DNA from: Pyrodictiaceae archaeon | GTDB lineage: Archaea; Thermoproteota; Thermoprotei_A; Sulfolobales; Pyrodictiaceae | Assembly: GCA_027036135.1 (NCBI GenBank) | Contig: JALVSY010000007.1 | Location: 100,880 to 164,879 of the forward strand | Length of the DNA stretch: 64,000 bases | Reading direction: 5' to 3' | Shown: positions 40,100 to 49,580 of the stretch, piece by piece | Layout: every line of letters begins with the position of its first letter | How positions within the stretch are numbered: position 1 is the stretch's first letter | Made by a program: the position numbers and the translations under genes | The notes under the pieces: model-generated | What the model was told of the DNA's origin: nothing | Database searches by the model: none | Seen by the model: only the letters and a program-made list of their open reading frames with translations

Positions 40100-42484
40100 T
40101 TGCTGCAAGAGAGTTCTATTCACCGCGGACCCCGAGCCAGGGGGTACCGTGGTATATCAACCGCGATAGCAGGGCTAATAGTGCTCACATTCCTCCTAGC
40201 CGTAGCCATACCGCTTCTCCTCAACATATACTCAGGGAGCGTACAATCACACCTCGCACTCAGCAACGAGCTAGCAAAGAAGCTGCAGGCTGTGTCACAG
40301 AACGTGAACATAACATATGACCCAGCTAGCTCGTCACCCCCAAGTCTGAGAGTCTACATAATGGAGAATAATGGGCCAAGTGATGCACATATAGAGTTCT
40401 ACGTTGTCACAGATGGCGCCAAAACCTATCTCGTAAAGGCTGCTAATACTTATAACAAGTATTTCCCGGTTAAAGACATTGAGATAGAAACCGAGCCCGT
40501 TTCCGCCTCAAATATAGTAGGCAGCTATATTGTGCTGAAGGCGCCTCTAGGCAAAGCATTAGTGAGGGTTATCAACGGGAAGCTTCTCGGAGCAATATTG
40601 GCGACGGGGAACTATATCCACGTAAACACGCCAGGAGTCACAGGAGCTACGGCTACTTATGCAGAAGTAGCCGCAAGTATAAAGACGAATTATATTAACT
40701 TGACAACGTTTAGCAGCCTCACGGGACTCTTTAACGACCCTAACATAATAATTGCTACGAATCCAGCTGCTAACCAGAGTAACTCCACATTATTGAACCA
40801 AGGAGCGTTCCAAGCCATTTGCTTTACTGGAACCAATCCCGACGACCCTAGCGGGGGGGTTAGTGGCGGCTTCCAGCCAACCGTTGACTCGGAGCAAGTA
40901 AACGCTGTCTATATTCATAATCTAGGGATATGGCCTGGCTCCATGGTGCTCGGGGGACGAAGCACAGACTATAGTACTAACTCAATACGATTCAGCCTAT
41001 ATATGGCAGGATATAGTCTCATAGCGTACAATACTAGCGAGCCCGGATTCCTCGCAATAACCACGGCTCATGATGGAAACGCGCTATGCTATAGCTTCGT
41101 CTTCAGCGATGGATACGTTATTAGCGATTGTATGCCAGAGGGAAGCATCACATGGGCATCATCCTTTATATCCTATGCGCTCTACAAGACTATGGCTGGA
41201 AAGCCCCAATACGGTACCTCGTACGTAGCAAGCGACACGCTCAATACAGTATTTAACACGGTGTATAGTGGTAAACTAGGCCTACTCTTCTGGAACAGTA
41301 ACTTCGTGGCTTATTGTCCTCCAGGCAGCTTTCATCTAAGCACAATGAGCGGTGAATACGTCTTCAACGTGACCGGGACTTGCTGGTTTGCTGAAAGATG
41401 GGAGAGTTACTGGGGTGAGGGAGCCTATGAAGGCATTATTAACGCTGGTAGCACGCTTACAATAACGTCTCCTCAAGAAATATTCGGGGATAATGACGTC
41501 GGAATAAAAGGTGAGGCAAGCGGCAATGTGCACTATGTGATAGAGTACATGCTAGATGCAAACCCTCTCGAGGTAAACGATAACCCTGACTTCGTGCAGG
41601 AATTCCCACAGTATCCGTCAGTGATAAAACTAACTTATTTAGCGGGTGATAAGAACCTACTCAGCGTATATGATAACACAGCAGGGAGAATTAAAAGAGG
41701 AGTTAATGCTTTCGGCATTTATCTCTACGGAGGAGAGTATCTAGCAACCGAGAGTGGGGCATCATACATTTACTATTACATACACGACTTATACGGCGAG
41801 GACGGCTATATAAGCGTATTTCAGTTCCAATTAGGAACCACGAGCGGATTAAGACCTTATATGGTACTCGCCGATACTGATGGAAACGGGCTTACTGAAC
41901 TCGTCTTGATAGATGAATGGTTTAGTCCAGATTATTATTATCATACTCATACAGATCTCTCAGATCTAGTAGGCGCCGGCGATATACGCTCAAGGTACTC
42001 ATATCACCCAGCAGCAGGGCTAATTGATACCTATGTCGGGTATGGCTGTGTTGCAAAAACCCTTGGCTACTTCTACATCAAGTTTGGCGGACAGTATGCA
42101 GTGAATGGTAGCCAGATAGCCGAGGTAAGCGTCCAGATACGCTTCAGCTACCACGACAACGTCGCAGGCGACGTAGATGAGGTAGACAACAGCACCACAG
42201 GTCTATTTGGCTTCGCCCTCGTGAACAGCAATGGAACCGAGGTATCAAGCAGCATGTACAACTACCAACAACTAGCGCCCCTCGAGGACACGTGGCCCAT
42301 CAGCATGCCTTTCCAGAGCCAGAGCGTCTACCTACCCGTGCCCGACAAGCCCGAGCTCTACTACGTTGTGTTCAAGTTCGGCGACCCTTATTCCTACGTC
42401 TATAGCGCGCGTAAACTCATACATGACGACGTCGACATGACTATAAGAGTTGAGTGGCTCGGAATATGGTATCTGCACCGCTAG
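40100..42484 (+). CDS. Large type IV pilin/archaellin-like surface protein (class III signal peptide), putative adhesin
   Basis: RG/ISTAIAGLIVLTFLLAV prepilin cleavage pattern; Tyr/Gly/Ser/Asn-rich beta body; DTDGNG Ca-loop motif; more AT-rich than neighbours. Confidence 0.7.
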   Translation: MLQESSIHRGPRARGYRGISTAIAGLIVLTFLLAVAIPLLLNIYSGSVQSHLALSNELAKKLQAVSQNVNITYDPASSSPPSLRVYIMENNGPSDAHIEFYVVTDGAKTYLVKAANTYNKYFPVKDIEIETEPVSASNIVGSYIVLKAPLGKALVRVINGKLLGAILATGNYIHVNTPGVTGATATYAEVAASIKTNYINLTTFSSLTGLFNDPNIIIATNPAANQSNSTLLNQGAFQAICFTGTNPDDPSGGVSGGFQPTVDSEQVNAVYIHNLGIWPGSMVLGGRSTDYSTNSIRFSLYMAGYSLIAYNTSEPGFLAITTAHDGNALCYSFVFSDGYVISDCMPEGSITWASSFISYALYKTMAGKPQYGTSYVASDTLNTVFNTVYSGKLGLLFWNSNFVAYCPPGSFHLSTMSGEYVFNVTGTCWFAERWESYWGEGAYEGIINAGSTLTITSPQEIFGDNDVGIKGEASGNVHYVIEYMLDANPLEVNDNPDFVQEFPQYPSVIKLTYLAGDKNLLSVYDNTAGRIKRGVNAFGIYLYGGEYLATESGASYIYYYIHDLYGEDGYISVFQFQLGTTSGLRPYMVLADTDGNGLTELVLIDEWFSPDYYYHTHTDLSDLVGAGDIRSRYSYHPAAGLIDTYVGYGCVAKTLGYFYIKFGGQYAVNGSQIAEVSVQIRFSYHDNVAGDVDEVDNSTTGLFGFALVNSNGTEVSSSMYNYQQLAPLEDTWPISMPFQSQSVYLPVPDKPELYYVVFKFGDPYSYVYSARKLIHDDVDMTIRVEWLGIWYLHR

Positions 42485-42501
42485 GAAGTGGGTGAAGCGC
42501 T

Positions 42502-43125
42502 TTGAGGGCGCAGGCGGAGGTTATATCAACCGCTATAATAGTATCGGTCGCGCTTATAGTGGCGCTTGGGCTGATTTATTACCTTAACCCGTTTACTGCA
42601 AGATCCCAGAGCCAGTATAAGCTCTACAGTCTCTTAACCTCCTATGCATCCGAGCTGGAAATAGCTCCCGTATCAACCATTAATACTACCTTGAATACTA
42701 CATCAGTGCTCATTGTTAAGAATACAGGGTCTCTGGGATTCCGTGCCTACTTGACGATAGTACCGTTCTACCAACGAGCCCCCGTAGAGGCTAATGTAAC
42801 CGGGCTAGTGTATAATATGACGAGTAACTACTCTGTTATTGATCCGGGTGATTTCACTGGGTGGACCCAGCTTAATGGGACAAATGTATCAGCGTTCAAT
42901 ATTCATCTCTACATTACTTCATCGTATTACAGATTATCCGACTTCGTTGGTGCAGCGAATGTAGCAGTGTACGATCTGGGAGTATTGAGTCCAGGTACTA
43001 CCCGTGTACTTAAAGTTGTACTAGTAAACCCTATCCCTACATATAGTTACTCAGTTATTATTCTTGCACGTGTTAGTAATGATTACTACGAGGTAGGGCG
43101 CTTCATACTATATAGTAGCGGCTAA
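42502..43125 (+). CDS. Type IV pilin-like protein
   Basis: MRA/QAEVISTAIIVSVAL class III signal; VKNTGS; several N-x-S/T sequons. Confidence 0.72.
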   Translation: MRAQAEVISTAIIVSVALIVALGLIYYLNPFTARSQSQYKLYSLLTSYASELEIAPVSTINTTLNTTSVLIVKNTGSLGFRAYLTIVPFYQRAPVEANVTGLVYNMTSNYSVIDPGDFTGWTQLNGTNVSAFNIHLYITSSYYRLSDFVGAANVAVYDLGVLSPGTTRVLKVVLVNPIPTYSYSVIILARVSNDYYEVGRFILYSSG

Positions 43126-43222
43126 AATACTAGCTTATTTGCATGGGGCGAGATTTGACTCTAAGGGTTACTTGAGGCAATCAGAGAAGCGCTTATGCCG
43201 AAGGAGTGTAATCATGTACTGT

Positions 43223-43594
43223 CTAGTATCCCAGTGTCCTTTTTATCTGCTCTATTAGCTGCTCCGCTGCACTTACCATGGCTTCTACGTCTTCTTTTGT
43301 GCATGTCTTCTCTGTTGCGCATTGATGTAGCCCGGCTGCGCGCTGGAATACGTCTAGGACTATGTCTCCGAGCTTCGTTGCTAAGTGGTTTTTGAGGCTC
43401 CAGAGCTCCTCGTCGCTCTCTATCCGCTTGCCCTCGGTCGCGTATATGTAGGCCTTGACTGCTAGGCTTACCGCGTCCCAGAGCATCTCGGCCGCCAAGT
43501 CCTTGCGCTCCGGGATGTTCTTCCTCGCTCTCTCTACGAGCTCCCTTGCCGTCTCTATGCACTCGTGTGCTCGTTCACGGAGACCCGTACACAT
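43223..43594 (-). CDS. PaREP1 family (HEPN-like) protein
   Basis: AAEMLWDAV..AVKA and A.GLH patterns. Confidence 0.75.
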   Translation of the reverse strand: MCTGLRERAHECIETARELVERARKNIPERKDLAAEMLWDAVSLAVKAYIYATEGKRIESDEELWSLKNHLATKLGDIVLDVFQRAAGLHQCATEKTCTKEDVEAMVSAAEQLIEQIKRTLGY

Positions 43595-43900
43595 ACCAGT
43601 TATTACCCCCTATGGATGCCATCATGCCTGGGGCTGTGGGCTTCTTAGCCCCCCGGGCCCTGGGGAAAACTGTGGGTATATTTAAACACTATCTAGTAAA
43701 TGCACGGTTCCTGGAGCGGTATATCGGCTACTTTATGTGGCTCCTTGTTGTCTGCGTTGGCTCTTTTTCCTTTGTCGAAGAATTGTAGTGAAATGGGGAA
43801 TCAGTGAGAATCAAGTATCGTTACAATGAAGGCTGAATAGTTTATATAGTTTATAAGGATATCTAGATATTCTTCTTAGCCATCGTGTTTATGGATGTGA

Positions 43901-44343
43901 TTATGGGAGTACTCTGAGCCATGGTATTCTCTTAAAGTCTTCGTCAAAGGTGAGGATAGTGTCTATCCGTAGTGCTTACAGGTAAGTGCTATGATCCCGT
44001 CTGCTGGGAGGAGATTGAAGCGCTTAATAACATCTACGAGTTCTTGGAGGGAGGCTTTGTCTTCAAGTACTGTTATGCCGAGTTGCCTTATGAGCTCGTA
44101 GACCATATCTATTTCTTTCTCAAATGATTTATAGCCATGCCTTCTTATGTATTCTCTTAGTTCCTCTATGCGTTTTATGCCAAGGTCTCTCCAGGCCTTC
44201 ATCCGAGTAAGAGTATATATGACCTCGTCGATTACTTTTATGCTTGTATAGAGGTTTTCTCCCGTTACGAGATTCTCTATAATCTCGGAATACGGTCTTA
44301 CATCATGTAGGTAGTATACTATAACGTTCGTGTCTAGAAACAT
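43901..44343 (-). pseudogene. vapC: PIN toxin with 3' frameshift
   Basis: FLDTN...LLPADG...CKHYG*; the shifted frame supplies IDTILTFDEDFKRIPWLRVLP*. Confidence 0.8.
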
Positions 44344-44347
44344 TCCC

Positions 44348-44560
44348 TTATTGCTCCTCCGCTTCTAGCATGAACTTGTCTAGCAGCTCTTTGGGGGCTG
44401 GGCCCAGTACTCCACGGTATTTTCGCAGGATACGTTTTCTTTCCTCAGTATTAATTATTTTTATTAGTAGCTCCTCTCCCTCCCTCAATTCTACCTTGTC
44501 GAGAGGCTTGAGTACACCGTTCTCGTATCTTACGCGGATAACCTTGGACAATGAATGCAC
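44348..44560 (-). CDS. AF2212/DUF104-like antitoxin
   Basis: VRYENGVLKPL.KVELREGE. Confidence 0.85.
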   Translation of the reverse strand: MHSLSKVIRVRYENGVLKPLDKVELREGEELLIKIINTEERKRILRKYRGVLGPAPKELLDKFMLEAEEQ

Positions 44561-44767
44561 CTAGTACTTCCTTGGTAATATATTCCTACCTTGTGCTTAG
44601 CTTAATAGTTTTAGTTCATTGTCTAACTCCTTGCATAGCCTGGTCCCATTATTTGGACACTTGTTGTGTAATATTACTGGGGGTAGTTTCCGGGGTGGGT
44701 CTTCTTATGGCTGCTTTCTCTCCTCTCGTCTCTTGAGAGTGCCTCGGTTACCTGGCTAGGTTATTGT

Positions 44768-46657
44768 GTGGTGTCTTGCTTGGCTTGTCCTGTTAATCCT
44801 CTTGTTGCTGGGCCTGGTTGTCGCTATGCGCTTATGGGTAATGAGGCTATTGCCCGGGGTGTTGTTGAGGCTGGGGCTAGTGTTGTGACGGGGTATCCGG
44901 GTACTCCTAGCTCTGAGGTTATTGAGACTCTTCAGCGTCTTGGCAAGGAGCTGGGGATTTATGCTGAGTGGGCTGTTAATGAGCGTGTTGCGTTCGAGAT
45001 AGCTTATGGCGCTGCTATTGCTGGGGCCCGGTCAATGGCTACTATGAAGGCTCCTGGGCTCAACGTTGCCGCGGACCCAGTGGTGTCTGCCGCTTATGGC
45101 GGTGTTGATGGCGGGCTCGTGGTCCTTGTCGCTGATGACCCTGGGCCTCATACTACTCAGACCGAGCAGGATAGTAGGTGGTTTGCCCACGTAGCTAAAC
45201 TGCCTATGATTACTCCCTCGTCGCCGCAGGAGGCGAAGGACTTCACTGTTAAGGGGTTCTTGCTAAGCGAGGCCCTAGGGCTACCAGTACTCCTCCGAAC
45301 CACTACCAGGGTTAATCACGCGGTCGGCGAGGTCGTGACGGGGGAGCGCTCTGAGCCGCGCTGGGCCCGGGGGTTCAGGAAGCAGGTTGAGCGCTTCGTG
45401 AGGGCCGGGATGTCGTGGAACCTTGAGAGGCATCGCTGGCTTAACAGGCAACTAGCTAGGGCAGAGCTTGTTGCCGAGGAGCTTGGGCTTAACCGCGTAG
45501 AGGGAAGCGGGGAGCTATGTGTCGTCACCGAGGGCTCCGCGTACAACTATGTTGTCGAGGCGCTGAGGGAGCTGGGCCTAGGGGCCCGTGTTGTTAAGCT
45601 TGAGTTGCTCCACCCGTTCCCGAGGAGCTTCGTCTCCAGGGCTCTAGCTGGCTGCGAGAGAGTAGTTGTTGTCGAGGAGCTCGACCCCTACGTAGAGACC
45701 ATGGTTAAGAAACTGGTAGCCGAGGAGGAGAGACTGCACGGCCTAACCGTGCTGGGCAAGGACGAGGACCTAATGCCATTGGAGGGCGAGCTGGGCCCAG
45801 GCCTCGTGAAAAACGCGCTAGCAAGAGCCGCTGGCCTAGAGTACAAGCACCAGGAGATTGAGGCGCCTAGGGCTCCTCCTAGGCCGCCACCCCTCTGCCC
45901 CGGGTGCCCCCATCGCGGCACCTACCTGGGTATATTGATTGGTATTAGCCGGGCTGGATATCGCCGCGACGAGGTACCCGTGTTCGGCGATATTGGCTGC
46001 TATGCTCTGAGCGTAGGGGAGCCACTGAGGGCTATCTGGACTGAGCACAGCATGGGCGCTAGTATCTCGATGGCTGTGGGGCTCAAGCTAGCTGGGTTCA
46101 GAAACCCTGTTATAGCTACCATCGGTGACTCCACTTTCTTCCATGCCGGGGTTCAGCCACTAATAGAGGCTGTCCATAAGCGCGTCGATATCTTGGTTGT
46201 TGTCCTCGATAACCAGGTAGTGGCTATGACTGGGCACCAGTCCACGCCAGCGTGGCCCCAGACAGAGACTGGCAGGGAGACTAGGCCGGTGAGCCTCGAG
46301 GAGGTTATCCGCTCGATCGGCGTTGATAACTTGGTGATAGTTGACCCCGAGAACGTTGACGAGGTAGCAGACACGGTCGCTAAGCTGCTCAGAGCCCCGG
46401 GCGTAAACGTGATCATTGCTAGGAGGCCCTGCGCGCTACTAGACGCTAGGCTTAACGGGGTTAGGCGCCGCTACCGCGTGGTCGAGGAAAAGTGCACAGG
46501 GTGTAATGCCTGCATAGCTGCTACTGGGTGCCCAGCGCTCTACCGAGCAGAGAACGGCAAGGTAGCGATAATGGAGGCTGATTGCCTCGGGTGTGGTATC
46601 TGTACCCGCTTCTGCCCATACAACGCGATAGTCCCCGTGGAGGAGGATAAGCAATGA
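44768..46657 (+). CDS. iorA: Indolepyruvate:ferredoxin oxidoreductase alpha subunit
   Basis: MGNEAIARG, YPGTPSSE, EQDSR, LCPGCPHR, GDSTFFH, C-terminal ferredoxin domain. Confidence 0.95.
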   Translation: MVSCLACPVNPLVAGPGCRYALMGNEAIARGVVEAGASVVTGYPGTPSSEVIETLQRLGKELGIYAEWAVNERVAFEIAYGAAIAGARSMATMKAPGLNVAADPVVSAAYGGVDGGLVVLVADDPGPHTTQTEQDSRWFAHVAKLPMITPSSPQEAKDFTVKGFLLSEALGLPVLLRTTTRVNHAVGEVVTGERSEPRWARGFRKQVERFVRAGMSWNLERHRWLNRQLARAELVAEELGLNRVEGSGELCVVTEGSAYNYVVEALRELGLGARVVKLELLHPFPRSFVSRALAGCERVVVVEELDPYVETMVKKLVAEEERLHGLTVLGKDEDLMPLEGELGPGLVKNALARAAGLEYKHQEIEAPRAPPRPPPLCPGCPHRGTYLGILIGISRAGYRRDEVPVFGDIGCYALSVGEPLRAIWTEHSMGASISMAVGLKLAGFRNPVIATIGDSTFFHAGVQPLIEAVHKRVDILVVVLDNQVVAMTGHQSTPAWPQTETGRETRPVSLEEVIRSIGVDNLVIVDPENVDEVADTVAKLLRAPGVNVIIARRPCALLDARLNGVRRRYRVVEEKCTGCNACIAATGCPALYRAENGKVAIMEADCLGCGICTRFCPYNAIVPVEEDKQ

Positions 46658-47307
46658 ACCGTGTCATTAACATCCTCGTTGCCTCGGTTGGGGGCCAGGG
46701 AGGCCTAACACTCTCCAGAGTAATAGCAGCAGCCGCCGTCATGGCAGGCTACAGTGTGAGAACCGGGGAGACGCTGGGAATGGCGCAGCGCTTCGGCTCA
46801 GTAAAGAGCTACATAAGAATAGGCGTGGATACACCGGTATACTCCCCGATATTCGAGCCAGGAGAAGCAGACATCCTAGTAGGAATGGAGGTTACAGAGG
46901 CCTACCGTAACCACCACTACCTAAGACCCATGGGACTAGCAGTGCTGAGCACCGAGGAGAAGCCGCCAATAAGCGTCTCACTAGGCAAAGCAGAGCCAGT
47001 AACCATGGAGAAGCTCATAGAGGCCCTGGAGAGCCACGGGGCAGAAATCATCATAATCGATGCACCACGACTAGCTAGAGAAGCAGGCAACCCTAGGGCA
47101 GCGAACATGGTCCTACTAGGAGCAATGAACACCGCGAAGAAAATCCTACCAGACAACGCTGTAGAGGAAGCGATAAAGGCCATACTGGGAGGCAAACGCG
47201 CAGAAACCTCGATCAAGGCCTACTACCTAGGCAAGGAATACACAGAGAAACACAAACCAAGCAAAGAACATAAAGAGGACAAAACACATGCATCTGAACA
47301 AACGTAG
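46654..47307 (+). CDS. iorB: Indolepyruvate:ferredoxin oxidoreductase beta subunit
   Basis: VGGQG, GMAQRFGSV, NMVLLGA. Confidence 0.95.
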   Translation: MNRVINILVASVGGQGGLTLSRVIAAAAVMAGYSVRTGETLGMAQRFGSVKSYIRIGVDTPVYSPIFEPGEADILVGMEVTEAYRNHHYLRPMGLAVLSTEEKPPISVSLGKAEPVTMEKLIEALESHGAEIIIIDAPRLAREAGNPRAANMVLLGAMNTAKKILPDNAVEEAIKAILGGKRAETSIKAYYLGKEYTEKHKPSKEHKEDKTHASEQT

Positions 47308-47332
47308 TTTCGTTCTTTTCCCTTTTCTCTAT
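47308..47332 (+). terminator. Pyrimidine/T-rich archaeal terminator after iorB
   Basis: TTTCGTTCTTTTCCCTTTTCTCT immediately after the stop codon. Confidence 0.55.
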
Positions 47333-47397
47333 TCACCTATCCTATACAGCGCCGGGAGCGTAAGCCTTAGCTAGAACCCCCGTAACATAGACTATAC

Positions 47398-47533
47398 TGG
47401 GGTGTCCCGCCCGGCGCCCCAGAGGTCCCCGGCGGCAGTCATATGCGCACCCGACTCCTCATAAATCAGAGAGACGCTTGCCTACCATCCCGCCGCGGGT
47501 CATGCCCCTGGGGCGCCGGGTCTCGGGCCCCCA
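47398..47533 (-). ncRNA. Putative BHB-processed hairpin RNA with box C/D-like elements
   Basis: Perfect 13-bp inverted repeat (47410-47422 / 47508-47520); GGGG-CCCG-AGA ... CGGG-ACA-CCCC forms a bulge-helix-bulge; internal CUGA, AUGAGGA and AUGA boxes. Confidence 0.65.
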
Positions 47534-47711
47534 CAAGCTTCTAGGAGAGGCATTACGTGATAAGGCCTCAGCTTTTCCTCGGAGGAAAGGAATCTCCTCT
47601 CTTGCCTGCCAGTCCTTCGTGACTGTCTAGGATTATAGTGCTTCGCCACACGTTTTAGTGCCCCCTTTATGCCTACTGTAGTATCGAAGAAGGAGCTTAG
47701 GAGGTACCCTT

Positions 47712-48491
47712 GTGTTGCGTATTGTTAGTCTCGCGCCCGCTATTACTGAGACTCTTGTGCTCCTCGGAGCCGGTGACGAGTTGGTCGGTGTCTCTGTTTA
47801 TTGCAGGGACTATGCCCCGGGCAAGCCCGTTGTCGGTACCTATATCTCGGTTATTTGGAGGAGACTCGAGCAGGCCCGGCCCGATATCGTCTTGTTGCAG
47901 GATTATGTGCAGCGAGGCCTCTACGAGGAGCTGAGGAGACAGGGCTACCGGGCCTATATTCTCCCGCTCCCAAGCAGCCTCCACGGCGTGGCAGAGAATG
48001 TTGCAGCTGTTGGAGCCGTTACTGGGAGAAGGCTGGAGGGCCTCGTGCTTGCAGAGAAGCTTGAGGACGAGATAACCCAGCTCGGGGAGACAAAGCCGGA
48101 GAAAACTATGAGGGTTTATGCCGAGTACATCTGGCCCGACTACACCACGCGCATGAGCCCCGGGGCACTGAGCTTCGCTGACCATGCTCTCCGCTTGGCG
48201 GGCGCGGAGAACATCTACGCAGGGGAGCCACGAGCCTTTGTCGAGCCACGGCCAGAGGACGTCATCGCAGCCGAGCCAGAGGCCGTGATAGTCTCGGCCG
48301 AGAAGCTCATGAATCTAACCAAGGAGAAGTACCTAGAGAAGACCCCCTGGATAAGAAGACTAAGAGCCATAGAGGAGGACAAGCTAATAATGCTGAGAGG
48401 CGGGCCCGGCCAAGACCTAGCACACCCAGGGCCCTCGATAATCGAGACCACTAAGAAACTAAGAACACTCCTAAAGAAATACAGAACATAA
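47712..48491 (+). CDS. Helical-backbone metal receptor (BtuF/cobalamin-binding-like), no signal peptide
   Basis: RIVSLAPAITETL, VGVS..C, PDIVL, PGPSI. Confidence 0.85.
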   Translation: MLRIVSLAPAITETLVLLGAGDELVGVSVYCRDYAPGKPVVGTYISVIWRRLEQARPDIVLLQDYVQRGLYEELRRQGYRAYILPLPSSLHGVAENVAAVGAVTGRRLEGLVLAEKLEDEITQLGETKPEKTMRVYAEYIWPDYTTRMSPGALSFADHALRLAGAENIYAGEPRAFVEPRPEDVIAAEPEAVIVSAEKLMNLTKEKYLEKTPWIRRLRAIEEDKLIMLRGGPGQDLAHPGPSIIETTKKLRTLLKKYRT

Positions 48492-48582
48492 AAACGAGGC
48501 ATAATTAACGAGAAACAGCATTGATTGAAAAGAAGCCGAGCAGGATTGCAGCCTATCTGAGTTATCATAAGGGTACCATACC

Positions 48583-49046
48583 TTACCGTATAACTCTCAG
48601 CCCTAGGCCCGAAGCAACGTAACCCAGGCCCCGATCACCAGTAATTATTGGAGCCCTGTAACGCATAGCTGTCACAATTATTGTTGAATCTACTAGGCTT
48701 AGCCTCCTAGCTCGTAGCAATGGACGCTAGAGGCGCGTAGCAATTCATCCCCTCTATGCTTTATATCTGGGCCGACTCAACCCAGTCGTTCAAGCTAAGC
48801 TCTATTACAACAGTAAAATATCTCGTAAGGAACGTTAAGACCTCCTCTATGCTCTCAGGTATACGGCCACGCAGCCAGTGCACAACATACTAATATAAAC
48901 AACTGTTGCCGGAATAAGACCTCTTACCCTGCACGTCTAATTCCCTGTAAGAGCCTTGCTGCATCCGCGCCCAGCTCTCCATAAGCCATTGCAAGAAGCG
49001 CATACGTATCTACTACTACTTTGTGCGGCTCCTCCTCGCCCGCCAC
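48583..49046 (-). pseudogene. Heavily decayed PIN toxin, paralog of 34810-35265
   Basis: Fragments KVVVDTYA, HWLRGRIP and RRLSLVDSTII...IITGD...GLRVIR* in different frames. Confidence 0.75.
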
Positions 49047-49258
49047 TCGTTCTCCTCCTCATCAAGCTCTCTTTCAGCCTCCTTGGCCGAGCCTTTGCAA
49101 CAACCCCGGACCTTGTCCCAGAGATCAGGCGGGCGAAGAACTATCTCGCGACTCCTCACCTCTAGCTCCAAGAGAGTACCTCAGCAATACCGAGGGACTC
49201 TCACACTCTTAGGCAGAACTATCGTTCCCATTCGTCCAATTCTTATAGTCAGGCTCAT
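49016..49258 (-). pseudogene. Decayed AbrB-type antitoxin, paralog of 34574-34837
   Basis: IRIGRMGTIVLPKSVR / LGIAE / EIVLRPPDLW...AERELDEEE, interrupted by frameshifts. Confidence 0.75.
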
Positions 49259-49580
49259 AAATTAGACCCACTAGTTAGTCTAAGTCACTGCTCCTATTTT
49301 AGGTTCCATTTCCCGGTCTCTTAACAGCTAGTCCTGCACTCATTCTTTTCACTGTCCCGGCCTAACAGAGACCGAGAACCAAGCGCATAATAACATAGCA
49401 ACGCCAACCATTATGAGCACTAACAGAGCCCCAGGCAGCAATAGTGCTCGAGCCACACTAGTAGTAAGCAATTTATCCACTGCCCTAGAACCCTTAAGAG
49501 TACAAATTATAACAAGTGAGGGGATTAAATATACCGGCTACAGTGTCCGGGCACCTAGCAGGTATACTCTGCACTAGCTC

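Noticed and set aside
47398-47533. Intron-containing tRNA, 5S rRNA or SRP RNA
   Set aside because: The flanks lack D and T arms, and the interior lacks recognisable 5S or SRP conserved motifs
47340-47711. Cobalamin or TPP riboswitch upstream of the BtuF-like gene
   Set aside because: No B12-box or TPP core motifs seen; the G-U pairs and BHB geometry favour a minus-strand RNA
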